Below, piece after piece: positions 9,590 through 17,929 of a DNA stretch of 32,000 nucleotides. Source of the stretch: Propionibacteriaceae bacterium (GTDB lineage: Bacteria; Actinomycetota; Actinomycetes; Propionibacteriales; Propionibacteriaceae); the NCBI GenBank assembly GCA_031256725.1, contig JAIRQE010000007.1, positions 28,687 through 60,686 of the forward strand. The letters run 5' to 3'. The notes under the pieces are model-generated. The model did no database searches and was not told the origin of the DNA. It saw nothing but the letters and a program-made list of their open reading frames with translations. The translations under genes and the position numbers were made by a program. Every line of letters begins with the position of its first letter. Positions within the stretch are counted from its first letter, which is position 1.

Positions 9590-10129
9590 ATGTCACGTAT
9601 TGGAAAGATGCCGATCACAATCCCTGCTGGGGTTGACGTGAAGATCGAAGGATCCGAGATCACGATTAAGGGCCCCAAGGGTTCCCTCACTCATAGCGTT
9701 GTCTCACCCATTAGTGTTGAAGCCAAGGACGGCAAGATTGAGGTTGGTCGCCCCAATGATGAGAGACTGTCTCGTTCTCTTCATGGCCTGACACGTACCC
9801 TGGTCAACAACATGGTTGTGGGTGTGACCGAGGGCTACGAGAAGAAGCTTGAAATCGTGGGTGTTGGTTACCGTGTCACACTCAAGAGCCCAACTCAGCT
9901 CGAGTTCGCACTCGGGTTCTCCCACCCGGTGATCGTGGATGCCCCTGAGGGTGTCACCTTCGCTGTGGAAACCCCAACGCGATTCTCTGTCCTGGGGATC
10001 AACAAGCAGGCTGTCGGTGAGGTGGCTGCGAACATTAGGAAGATTCGTAAGCCTGAACCCTACAAGGGCAAGGGCGTACGTTATGCAGGCGAGGTTGTTC
10101 GCCGCAAGGCCGGAAAGGCTGGTAAGTAA
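9590..10129 (+). CDS. rplF: 50S ribosomal protein L6
   Basis: Start moved from the ORF-track 9488 to the in-frame ATG 9590 ([17 protein letters not shown]), preceded by GAGGAG. The upstream part of the ORF overlaps rpsH. Confidence 0.96.
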   Translation: MSRIGKMPITIPAGVDVKIEGSEITIKGPKGSLTHSVVSPISVEAKDGKIEVGRPNDERLSRSLHGLTRTLVNNMVVGVTEGYEKKLEIVGVGYRVTLKSPTQLEFALGFSHPVIVDAPEGVTFAVETPTRFSVLGINKQAVGEVAANIRKIRKPEPYKGKGVRYAGEVVRRKAGKAGK

Positions 10130-10512
10130 TGGCTATTTCATTAGGTGTTAAGAAGGGTCTCGCCAAGAAGGCGGCCGCTTTGGCTAGGCGCCAGAGTCGT
10201 GGGCGCAAGTCCATCACTGGTACACCAGAGCGTCCCCGTCTGGTTGTGACACGTTCATCACGTCACATCGTGGCACAGGTGATCGATGACACCAAGGGTC
10301 ACACCTTGGCATCGGCTTCGACCATGGAATCAGACTTGCGTACCGCTAAGGCTGATAAGTCTGAAAAGGCCAAGAAGGTCGGCGAACTCGTCGCCAAGAG
10401 GGCCAAGGATGCCGGAGTTGACCAGGTGGTCTTCGACCGTGCAGGTCGACAGTACCACGGGCGTGTCGCGGCTCTTGCCGATGGCGCACGTGAAGCCGGA
10501 CTCGGGTTCTGA
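10129..10512 (+). CDS. rplR: 50S ribosomal protein L18
   Basis: TAATG overlap with rplF. Contains [20 protein letters not shown]...[24 protein letters not shown]. Confidence 0.97.
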   Translation: MAISLGVKKGLAKKAAALARRQSRGRKSITGTPERPRLVVTRSSRHIVAQVIDDTKGHTLASASTMESDLRTAKADKSEKAKKVGELVAKRAKDAGVDQVVFDRAGRQYHGRVAALADGAREAGLGF

Positions 10513-10526
10513 CGGAAGGAATGATT

Positions 10527-11135
10527 ATGGCAGTCAATAACCGCCGCAATGAGGGCGAAGCAGGTGAGGGTCGCCGTCGCGATGACCGTCGCAGCCGTGA
10601 GGCCGAAGAGGCTCCCAAGAGCAATTATCTTGAGCGTGTCGTCAACATCAACCGCGTTGCGAAGGTTGTCAAGGGTGGACGTCGTTTCTCCTTCACAGCC
10701 CTCGTGGTCGTAGGTGACGGTGACGGTATGGTCGGTGTGGGCTATGGCAAGGCAAAGGAAGTCCCAGCCGCCATCGCCAAGGGGGTCGAGGAAGCCAAGA
10801 AGCGTTTCTTCAGGGTACCTCGCATCCTCAAGACCATTCCACATCCGGTTCAGGGTGAGGAAGCGGCTGGCGTTGTGATGCTGCGCCCAGCTTCCCCTGG
10901 TACTGGTGTCATCGCTGGTGGTGCTGCTCGTGCGGTCCTGGAGTGCGCAGGCATCCACGACGTGTTGGCCAAGTCACTGGGCTCATCCAATGCCGTGAAC
11001 GTGGTTCATGCCACGGTGAAGGCGCTCAAGGAACTTGAAGAGCCCGAGCAGGTTGCACGTCGTCGCGGGAAGACCGTTGAGGAAGTCACCCCGGCTGCTC
11101 TGCTTGCTGCAAAGCGTGAAGGAGAAGCCAAGTGA
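10527..11135 (+). CDS. rpsE: 30S ribosomal protein S5 (Arg/Glu-rich N-terminal extension)
   Basis: Contains [47 protein letters not shown] 10527 lies 6 nt after GGAAGGA; ATG 10521 is the alternative start. Confidence 0.95.
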   Translation: MAVNNRRNEGEAGEGRRRDDRRSREAEEAPKSNYLERVVNINRVAKVVKGGRRFSFTALVVVGDGDGMVGVGYGKAKEVPAAIAKGVEEAKKRFFRVPRILKTIPHPVQGEEAAGVVMLRPASPGTGVIAGGAARAVLECAGIHDVLAKSLGSSNAVNVVHATVKALKELEEPEQVARRRGKTVEEVTPAALLAAKREGEAK

Positions 11136-11341
11136 GCAAGAAAACTGAGACTAAGCAAACAAAGAAGGTTGTCATCACCCGTACTCGTTCGGGTATTGGC
11201 GCCAAGCAGAATCACCGTGAGACCCTTCGTTCCCTCGGGTTGAAGAAGATCGGCGATTCTGTTGAACGTGAATTGGACGCCATCACTGAGGGCATGGTTC
11301 GTACCGTGGCTCACATGGTTGTCGTGGAGGAGGCTAAATAA
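11132..11341 (+). CDS. rpmD: 50S ribosomal protein L30
   Basis: GTGA overlap with rpsE. Contains [29 protein letters not shown]. Confidence 0.95.
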   Translation: MSKKTETKQTKKVVITRTRSGIGAKQNHRETLRSLGLKKIGDSVERELDAITEGMVRTVAHMVVVEEAK

Positions 11342-11781
11342 TGGCTCTACAGATTCATCATCTTCGTCCCGCTCCTGGGGCTCGCACAGAGAAGACTCGT
11401 GTTGGCCGTGGTGAGGCGTCGAAGGGTAAAACAGCTGGGCGCGGTACCAAGGGTACGGGCGCACGCAAGAATGTTCCTGCATACTTTGAGGGCGGCCAGA
11501 TGCCTTTGCATCGTCGTGTTCCCAAGTTGCGCGGGTTCACGAACCCTTTCCGCACCGAATACCAGGTCATCAACCTTTCCCGTATCGCAGAGCTCTTCCC
11601 CTCAGGTGGAACTGTGACCGTCGAAGATTTGGTTGCCAAGGGTGCGGTTCGTAACGCATCCCTGGTGAAGGTTCTCGGTACAGGCGAGATCACAGTAAAG
11701 GTCGATGTCACAGCACACGCTTTCTCAGCAGGTGCGAAAACGAAGATTGAACAGGCTGGTGGCTCTATCACCGAGCTGTAA
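11341..11781 (+). CDS. rplO: 50S ribosomal protein L15
   Basis: TAATG overlap with rpmD. Contains [31 protein letters not shown]...[16 protein letters not shown]. Confidence 0.97.
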   Translation: MALQIHHLRPAPGARTEKTRVGRGEASKGKTAGRGTKGTGARKNVPAYFEGGQMPLHRRVPKLRGFTNPFRTEYQVINLSRIAELFPSGGTVTVEDLVAKGAVRNASLVKVLGTGEITVKVDVTAHAFSAGAKTKIEQAGGSITEL

Positions 11782-11833
11782 TGCATAACACTATGCAGCT
11801 TGCTGATAACCTAGGCTAGGTGAGGAGAAAGAT

Positions 11834-13150
11834 ATGCTGACCGCCTTAAAGAATATGTTTAGGTCTGCTGACCTGAATAAGAAGATTGCGTTCACGCTCT
11901 TCATCGTCGTGGTCTTCCGTTTCGGATCGACTCTGCCGGTGCCCAACGTCAACATGGCCGCCCTAAACGAGTGTCGTTTGGCGGCCGAAACAGGTGATCA
12001 AGCGGGATTGTTCTCGATGATCAACCTGTTCTCGGGTGGGGCCATGCTGCAGATGTCGGTCTTTGCTTTGGGCATCATGCCGTACATCACAGCGAGCATC
12101 ATCTTGCAGCTTATGACTGTCGTGGTGCCACGACTTGAGACTCTGAAGAAGGAGGGTGCGGCCGGCACTGCAAAGATCACGCAGTACACGCGTTACCTCA
12201 CCCTGATTCTGGCTGTCCTCAACGGTACAGCCTACGTTTCGATGGCTGTTAATGGTCAGATCTTCCAGGAGTGCAACAAGTCCGTTGTCTATCAGACAGA
12301 CATCTTCTCGGTGGCTGTCATGATCCTAACGATGACCGCTGGTACGGGCCTTGTCATGTGGCTTGGTGAGTTGGTCACTGATCATGGTGTTGGTCGCGGT
12401 ATGTCGATCCTGATCTTCACATCGATCGCTGCACGCTTCCCAACCTCCCTGTGGGCCATCAAGCTCGCCCATTCTGCGAATGCTGACAAGGGCTGGTTCA
12501 TGTTCCTCCTGGTGCTCGCCATCGGCTTGCTCGTCATGCTTGGCATCATCTTCATGGAGCAGGGTCAGCGTCGTATCCCAGTGCAGTACGCCAAGCGTAT
12601 GGTGGGTCGCAAGATGTACGGTGGATCCAAGACTTATATCCCCTTGAAGGTCAACCAGTCCGGTGTTATCCCTGTGATTTTCGCCTCGTCGATCCTGTAT
12701 CTTCCTGCACTGTACGCCCAACTGTGGCCAGCAACTGCGGCAGCAACATGGATCAATACCTACTTTGTTAAGGGTGATCACTGGGCTTATAACCTGTTCT
12801 TCTTCCTTCTGGTTGTTGCCTTCTGCTACTTCTATGTGTCAATCACGTTCAATCCTGTTGAAATCTCTGATAACATGAAGAAGTACGGTGGCTTCATCCC
12901 CGGTATCCGTGCAGGTGCACCAACCGCACGTTATTTGAAGTACGTTCTAAGCCGACTGACCTTCCCTGGGTCCTTGTACCTTGGGCTTGTTGCACTGATT
13001 CCGACTCTGGCGTTCGTCTTGGTCGGGGCCTCGCAACAGTTCCCCTTTGGTGGTACTTCGATCCTGATTGTGGTCGGTGTCGGTCTTGATACTGTCAAAC
13101 AGATTCAGTCCCAGTTGGAGCAACGCTCTTACGAAGGCTTCCTGAAATAG
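11834..13150 (+). CDS. secY: Preprotein translocase subunit SecY
   Basis: 438 aa and polytopic. Contains FRFGSTLPVPNV, LFSGGAMLQMSVFALGIMPYITASIILQL and NQSGVIPVIFASSIL. GAGGAG SD upstream. Confidence 0.98.
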   Translation: MLTALKNMFRSADLNKKIAFTLFIVVVFRFGSTLPVPNVNMAALNECRLAAETGDQAGLFSMINLFSGGAMLQMSVFALGIMPYITASIILQLMTVVVPRLETLKKEGAAGTAKITQYTRYLTLILAVLNGTAYVSMAVNGQIFQECNKSVVYQTDIFSVAVMILTMTAGTGLVMWLGELVTDHGVGRGMSILIFTSIAARFPTSLWAIKLAHSANADKGWFMFLLVLAIGLLVMLGIIFMEQGQRRIPVQYAKRMVGRKMYGGSKTYIPLKVNQSGVIPVIFASSILYLPALYAQLWPATAAATWINTYFVKGDHWAYNLFFFLLVVAFCYFYVSITFNPVEISDNMKKYGGFIPGIRAGAPTARYLKYVLSRLTFPGSLYLGLVALIPTLAFVLVGASQQFPFGGTSILIVVGVGLDTVKQIQSQLEQRSYEGFLK

Positions 13151-13163
13151 GACCTAAGCTACG

Positions 13164-13206
13164 AGTCCCTGTGCCTTGTTAGGTACAGGGACTTTGCTTT
13201 TCTTTT
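13164..13206 (+). terminator. Rho-independent terminator after secY
   Basis: A 13-bp stem (AGTCCCTGTGCCT/AGGTACAGGGACT, one G-T wobble) with loop TGTT at 13164-13193, followed by TTGCTTTTCTTTT. Confidence 0.85.
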
Positions 13207-13285
13207 CAAGGCAATGCGACTGTTACTGCTGAGTGGGTTGACATTGTGAAGGCTCCATGGTGACAAGGAGTTTCCAGTAAAATGC

Positions 13286-13351
13286 GGACTCAAAGTCGGT
13301 GGAACGCGAACCCAAAGTCAGTGAAACGCGGAGTTAAAGTCGGTGAAACGC
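13286..13351. repeat. Three tandem 22-bp direct repeats (core AAAGTCrGTGrAACGC)
   Basis: Copies are ggactcAAAGTCGGTGGAACGC (13286-13307), gaacccAAAGTCAGTGAAACGC (13308-13329) and ggagttAAAGTCGGTGAAACGC (13330-13351). The exact 22-bp period is not a multiple of 3. They lie in the convergent secY/glpC spacer, 10 bp from the glpC stop. Confidence 0.8.
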
Positions 13352-13360
13352 AGATAGAAA

Positions 13361-14584
13361 TCAGCTCAGCCCGTACGCCTTATGCAGGATCCAGATCGGG
13401 TGTACCACCTCGGCTCCAGTGGCGGCGGCAATCTGCCAGCGACAGGTTTCTGTGTCGCAGACTGCTAGCTCAGGATTGACCTCTTTGACCTTATCGAAGA
13501 GGGGCTTTCCGACGGCTTGGCCTATGGCGTACTTCTCCTTTTTGAGGCCATAGGTACCAGCTATCCCGCAGCAGGTTGCTTCAGCATCAATGACTTTCAG
13601 ACCTGGGATGAGACGCAGGAGTTCCAGGGCGGGTTTGCCCATTCCCTGGCCTTTAAGTTGGCAGGGGGCGTGGTAGGGGACCGTCATGGCTACTTCGTCA
13701 AAGCTCAAGGGAAGCTCTCCTGCTTCGGCCAGAGCGAGAAGGAACTCTGAGACCTCTCGGACACGAGCACCAACCTCCAACAGACTGGAGTCATTGACGC
13801 CCATGATTTCGTAAGCTTCATGCTTGAGCATCCCAGCACAGGAGGCGGCCGAGGCGACAATGGGTGTGCCGGGTTCAACCCCAAGTTGGTCGGCAAGTTT
13901 GAGTACATAGGACCGCGCAGTATCAAACAACCCATTGGATTGGAGGGCCAACCCACAGCATCCCTGCTTGGGGGTGACGACTTCGTACCCAAGATGTTCG
14001 AGGACTTCAACGGTCTTGATGGAGGTCTCGACCTCGAAGTATTCTCCTGCACATCCGTGGAAGAAGACGACCTTGCCTCGCGTGGGCGCTTGAGCGGGAG
14101 TGTGCTTCTTCCACCAGGAGGAGAAGGTACGACTTCGAGCAGTCGGCATAGCGGCCTTGCGGTGGATTCCAATGACCTTCTCGACCATCCACCGTGCCGG
14201 GGCGAACCCTAGGGCTGCATTGGCTACGGGAGCAATCGGGCGCATGGTCTTGCCCAAGAGGGTGGTACGCGAGATGATCTGATCCCGAAGGGGCATGTGA
14301 TTCTTCTTCATCACTGCACGAGCTGCCGAGTTGAGTTCTGCAATCATGACCCCTTGGGGGCAGACTAGGGTACACGTACCACAGGAGGAACAGTAGTCGA
14401 TCAAGTGATCCACTGACGCCCCATTGCGGTAGCGTTCCGCCTGGGGTCCGACGAACTTTGGTCCAGGGAACTTCGGTGTCACCGCCATCACGGGGCAGTG
14501 GGTCTCACAGATCGTACATTTGAGGCAATGGTCGAGACTGGCCCTCGCTAGAAGGTTATGCTCGTGTGATGTGGCTTCAAACAT
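13361..14584 (-). CDS. glpC: Anaerobic glycerol-3-phosphate dehydrogenase subunit C (Fe-S, CCG-domain protein)
   Basis: Two ferredoxin-type motifs (CLKCTICETHCP and CSSCGTCTLVCP) plus Cys-rich CCG repeats (GCCG, TCCG). Lies downstream of glpA-glpB. Confidence 0.9.
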   Translation of the reverse strand: MFEATSHEHNLLARASLDHCLKCTICETHCPVMAVTPKFPGPKFVGPQAERYRNGASVDHLIDYCSSCGTCTLVCPQGVMIAELNSAARAVMKKNHMPLRDQIISRTTLLGKTMRPIAPVANAALGFAPARWMVEKVIGIHRKAAMPTARSRTFSSWWKKHTPAQAPTRGKVVFFHGCAGEYFEVETSIKTVEVLEHLGYEVVTPKQGCCGLALQSNGLFDTARSYVLKLADQLGVEPGTPIVASAASCAGMLKHEAYEIMGVNDSSLLEVGARVREVSEFLLALAEAGELPLSFDEVAMTVPYHAPCQLKGQGMGKPALELLRLIPGLKVIDAEATCCGIAGTYGLKKEKYAIGQAVGKPLFDKVKEVNPELAVCDTETCRWQIAAATGAEVVHPIWILHKAYGLS

Positions 14585-14586
14585 GA

Positions 14587-15804
14587 CTATTTCACCTCTC
14601 CCAGGATCGATTCAGTAGCTCGGTAGGCACTTGCAATCGCGATCCCATCACCAGACTTCTCCACCCATCGAGTTGCCCCCGCAAGGAGGCCGCCTGTGGC
14701 ATAGAGGTTGCTGTACACAACCTTCTTCTTATCAAGTACCCTCATGATCTCATCAACTTCGACCCCAACACGGAAGAGCTTCTGATCAGCCCAATAATCA
14801 CCAGTAATGAGGTCATCCTGGTCGGCTCCGACAAGGGGAAGCCCGAAAAGGGTTTCGCTGATCTTCCCATAGGAATCCATGGCTAGGGCCCCCGATTCAA
14901 AACCACCACCAGCATAAACAAAGTTGTCGGCCGAGTACCCCTGATCGCGTCCAGCCTGGTGGAGGATCACCGAGGTTACACGGGACTTCTGGGTCTCAAA
15001 TCCGGTCACCTTAGAGCCAAGGATGACCCGTACCCCTAAAGCCTTCGCACGAGTCAGCAAAGCCTCGTTCAGCCGCATTCCAGGGATAGAGGGGGGAGGT
15101 AGTAGGGTTTCGATCACAGGCCTGCCGAGGGCTTCCACAAGGGTCATGTGTGCACAGGTACGCAACCCCAAGATTGCAGGAAGACATATGGCATCCTCAT
15201 TGGAGATCACCGAGGAAATGGCCTTCGCGAACCTCATCAAGAACTCAGAGTCATCCAGAGCCTGTGCGTAGACGATTGGGGAGGAATCAACCTCACCCTC
15301 ACGGGCTGGCAGGTCGATATGGTACCCCGTGGCCTTTACCGTAGTGGTCCTTTCAAGGTTGGCAGCCATGAGTTCGGGATAGAAATCCTTGATTTGGCGT
15401 GGTCCAACCACAGCAACTGAACCGGGATCGGGCCAGACCATGGAAGGCTGACGCAGATAGGTTGGCCTCATAGCCCCCAAAGCAGTGGGAACGAGGTGAT
15501 TGGCCTCATCCCCAGGAAGGAGCAGATCAGGAAGCTGGGCGGCAAACCAATCGACAGCCTTCTCAACCGTTGAAGGGGCAAGGATGGAATAGGGATGCCC
15601 CGGGTCTGAGGTCTTCGCGAGAGACGTGAAGGGTTTTGGTGTAAGTTTGTTGTCCCGATACCCAAGGACATCAATAGTGCCTTGGCTCAGTTGAATCCCG
15701 CCCACACCAAAAGTAAGCAGGGTGACAGATTGCCCCTCCTCAGCCAAGCGAATGGCGGCGGTCAAACCGGCGAGTCCAGCGCCGATAACAACAGTGTCGG
15801 TCAT
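14587..15804 (-). CDS. glpB: Anaerobic glycerol-3-phosphate dehydrogenase subunit B
   Basis: N-terminal FAD fold MTDTVVIGAGLAGLTAAIRLAEEG...GTIDVLGY, similar to E. coli GlpB. ATGA overlap with glpA. Confidence 0.88.
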   Translation of the reverse strand: MTDTVVIGAGLAGLTAAIRLAEEGQSVTLLTFGVGGIQLSQGTIDVLGYRDNKLTPKPFTSLAKTSDPGHPYSILAPSTVEKAVDWFAAQLPDLLLPGDEANHLVPTALGAMRPTYLRQPSMVWPDPGSVAVVGPRQIKDFYPELMAANLERTTTVKATGYHIDLPAREGEVDSSPIVYAQALDDSEFLMRFAKAISSVISNEDAICLPAILGLRTCAHMTLVEALGRPVIETLLPPPSIPGMRLNEALLTRAKALGVRVILGSKVTGFETQKSRVTSVILHQAGRDQGYSADNFVYAGGGFESGALAMDSYGKISETLFGLPLVGADQDDLITGDYWADQKLFRVGVEVDEIMRVLDKKKVVYSNLYATGGLLAGATRWVEKSGDGIAIASAYRATESILGEVK

Positions 15805-17522
15805 TTCTTCGCCTCTCCGGTCGATGTGGAAGCCTTCGTGGTTTTAGCGGTCCTGGCAGCAGTCTTAGCCGTTGTAGCTTTGGTGGTCTTCGCCGCCGTG
15901 GGTTTCGTGGCTTTGGTCGTCTTGGGTTTGGGCAGGGGATCTACTGGATCGGTTTCGACTTTATCCGGTGAGGGTACGTGATCAATATCCAGGATTCCTT
16001 GGAGTATCCAGTTGTCAAGGGCGGTTTGGCGTACCTGATCCCCGTGGAGGATTGGCCACAATCCAATCCAGCGATGCTCAAGGAAGAGCTTCAATAAGCC
16101 TGTGGCTTTCTCGGCGTCAGCAGTTCCCTCCTCGTGAATAATCCCAGCGATTCTTGATGAACAGAACCCACCCTGACATGGACCCATGCCGATACGCAGT
16201 TGGCGACGTAGATCATCGAAGCTGGCATGGGGGTGTTCCTTCATGAGGTCGACGAACATCTTTCGGTTCATGAGTTCGCATTCGCAGATGATGGGTGAGT
16301 GACCTCGATCCTCTTCACGCTCCCTGAGGCGATGGGTCACCAGATAGTTGTGACCCTCGACGTTGCCTGGGCAGATTTCTTCAGCAGTACGACAGGGGAT
16401 CGAGTTTCCAAGTTGCTCCTCCATGGCGTCAACAATGTGCTCAGCCATGAGCCGGTAGGTTGTGAGTTTCCCGCCACCGATAGTGATCAGCCCCTTGAGA
16501 TCATCACGGGTCGAATGGTCGATGACTGCCATTCCGCGGCTCATGTGCCGGGTATCAGTGGCGGCCACACGGTCATCCTTGATCAGCGGGCGGGCACCAG
16601 CCCACGCATGAAGAGCACGAGCCTGACGGAACCCTGGGATGAGATCCTCGCCTGCATCAAACATCTGCTGTACTTCGGCTCGTTCGATTCCTAGATGATC
16701 AGGGTCCTCAACTTTGACATCCGTGGTACCAATTATGCAGACCGTGTGTACCGGGACAATGATGTCCCCATCAGCAGGATAGATACACCTGTTGACCACC
16801 ATATTCACCAGACGATGGCTCATCGCAATCATGATCCCTCGACCTGGTACGACCGCCACAGGGGGCAGCCCAGCCATGGAGGTGATCTGCCCAGCCCAAG
16901 GCCCAGCACAGTTCAAGACGAAGGAGCAGTCGATCTCAACATCCTCACCAGTCTTCAGATCCTTAGCACTCACTCCAATCACCTGGCCATCGCGGTGGTG
17001 GACCGTGGTGACCTTGGTGTATGTCAGAACCTGTCCACCATATTCTATTGCTGATCGAGCAGCAGACCAGGCGAGTTGCCACCCATCGACTGTGCCATCC
17101 TGTACAGCAAAAGCCCTAGTAATCTGGGGATTCAGTCGCGGTTCACGGGCTAGTGCCTGGGCGATGGTGATCTCTTGTACTGGTACCTGTGTGGCCTGGG
17201 CACCAGCGAGGAAGCGATCCCCGAACTCAGGATCATCCTTCTCCGTGACAACAAAGAGTCCACCTGTTGCTTCAACAGCATCAGGCTGGATTCGGGTGAT
17301 AATGGCGTTCTCCAACGCGCATTCACGCGCAGATTCGGGATCGGAAACAACATAGCGGCCACCAGAATGCAGCAACCCATGGAACCTTCCCGAGGTACCT
17401 TGGGCCAGGTCAGCGCGATCTAGGAGAATAGTACTGTACCCACGCATGGCGCAGTCACGTAGAACTCCAATACCAGTTGACCCTCCTCCGATGACAACAA
17501 CATCCGCAACTAGCTTCTTCAT
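15801..17522 (-). CDS. glpA: Anaerobic glycerol-3-phosphate dehydrogenase subunit A, with a Lys/Thr/Ala-rich C-terminal tail
   Basis: Contains VVVIGGGSTGIGVLRDCAMRG...GTSGRFHGLLHSGGRYVVSDPESARECALEN, close to E. coli GlpA. BFD-like 2Fe-2S region CECE...GMGPCQGGFC. Extra tail PKPKTTKATKPTAAKTTKATTAKTAARTAKTTKASTSTGEAKK. Confidence 0.92.
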   Translation of the reverse strand: MKKLVADVVVIGGGSTGIGVLRDCAMRGYSTILLDRADLAQGTSGRFHGLLHSGGRYVVSDPESARECALENAIITRIQPDAVEATGGLFVVTEKDDPEFGDRFLAGAQATQVPVQEITIAQALAREPRLNPQITRAFAVQDGTVDGWQLAWSAARSAIEYGGQVLTYTKVTTVHHRDGQVIGVSAKDLKTGEDVEIDCSFVLNCAGPWAGQITSMAGLPPVAVVPGRGIMIAMSHRLVNMVVNRCIYPADGDIIVPVHTVCIIGTTDVKVEDPDHLGIERAEVQQMFDAGEDLIPGFRQARALHAWAGARPLIKDDRVAATDTRHMSRGMAVIDHSTRDDLKGLITIGGGKLTTYRLMAEHIVDAMEEQLGNSIPCRTAEEICPGNVEGHNYLVTHRLREREEDRGHSPIICECELMNRKMFVDLMKEHPHASFDDLRRQLRIGMGPCQGGFCSSRIAGIIHEEGTADAEKATGLLKLFLEHRWIGLWPILHGDQVRQTALDNWILQGILDIDHVPSPDKVETDPVDPLPKPKTTKATKPTAAKTTKATTAKTAARTAKTTKASTSTGEAKK

Positions 17523-17727
17523 TGAAACCCTCTCAGTCCTGACAAGATATCGACGATGCCATATCCCTACCGTAGTACCCGAAACGAAACAGCGATAGGT
17601 TTCCAGGCATCAAGGTTTCCCCTTTTTTGCCTTAGTCTTGGGAGAATGTGCAGAAGAGCACTAAATCTTGCTATAACCACAGGGATTTCAGTTATTCTTC
17701 CAGATTACCTTGTGCGGAATGCGAGGG

Positions 17728-17741
17728 TTGCTGTACAGCAA
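17728..17741. promoter_or_regulatory. Perfect 14-bp palindrome TTGCTGTACAGCAA in the glpA upstream region (candidate operator)
   Basis: Read directly from the sequence. It lies about 206 bp upstream of the glpA ATG inside a 407-bp non-coding spacer and is flanked by an imperfect ATTACCTTG/CAAGGTATT inverted repeat (17704-17712 and 17739-17747). Confidence 0.3.
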
Positions 17742-17929
17742 GGTATTACCATCGATTTCAGCATACGTTGCCAACGCCACGGCACAGTACTCGCCAGAAG
17801 ATTCTTGACACCGACTACTGGATGATCTTGATACTAAATATGGACCACCAGATGTTGAAGACTTTGCGTGGGCAGATAGGTCCTAGGACTTGATGAGTGG
17901 AACCAGCTCACCTTGCCTAAGGTCGGGAT

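Noticed and set aside
13151-13360. Possibility that the convergent secY/glpC junction is the replication terminus with a dif site, or that the 22-bp repeats are a mini-CRISPR.
   Set aside because: No dif-like ATAAT-N-ATTATG core is present, and r-protein clusters normally lie near the origin. The repeats are contiguous without spacers and shorter than CRISPR repeats, and there are no cas genes.
13282-13479. 65-aa plus-strand ORF starting in the 22-bp repeats, with AAGGAG 11 nt upstream and a TTGACA hexamer further upstream.
   Set aside because: Half of it is antisense to the conserved glpC 3' end. The product is a basic low-complexity peptide, the SD spacing is poor, and no -10 sits at the right distance from TTGACA. 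It is mentioned under the repeat finding instead.
17556-17893. Plus-strand ORFs 17556..17825 (89 aa) and 17648..17893 (81 aa) in the glpA upstream spacer.
   Set aside because: No RBS, no recognisable domains and overlapping alternative frames. The region is more plausibly regulatory DNA.
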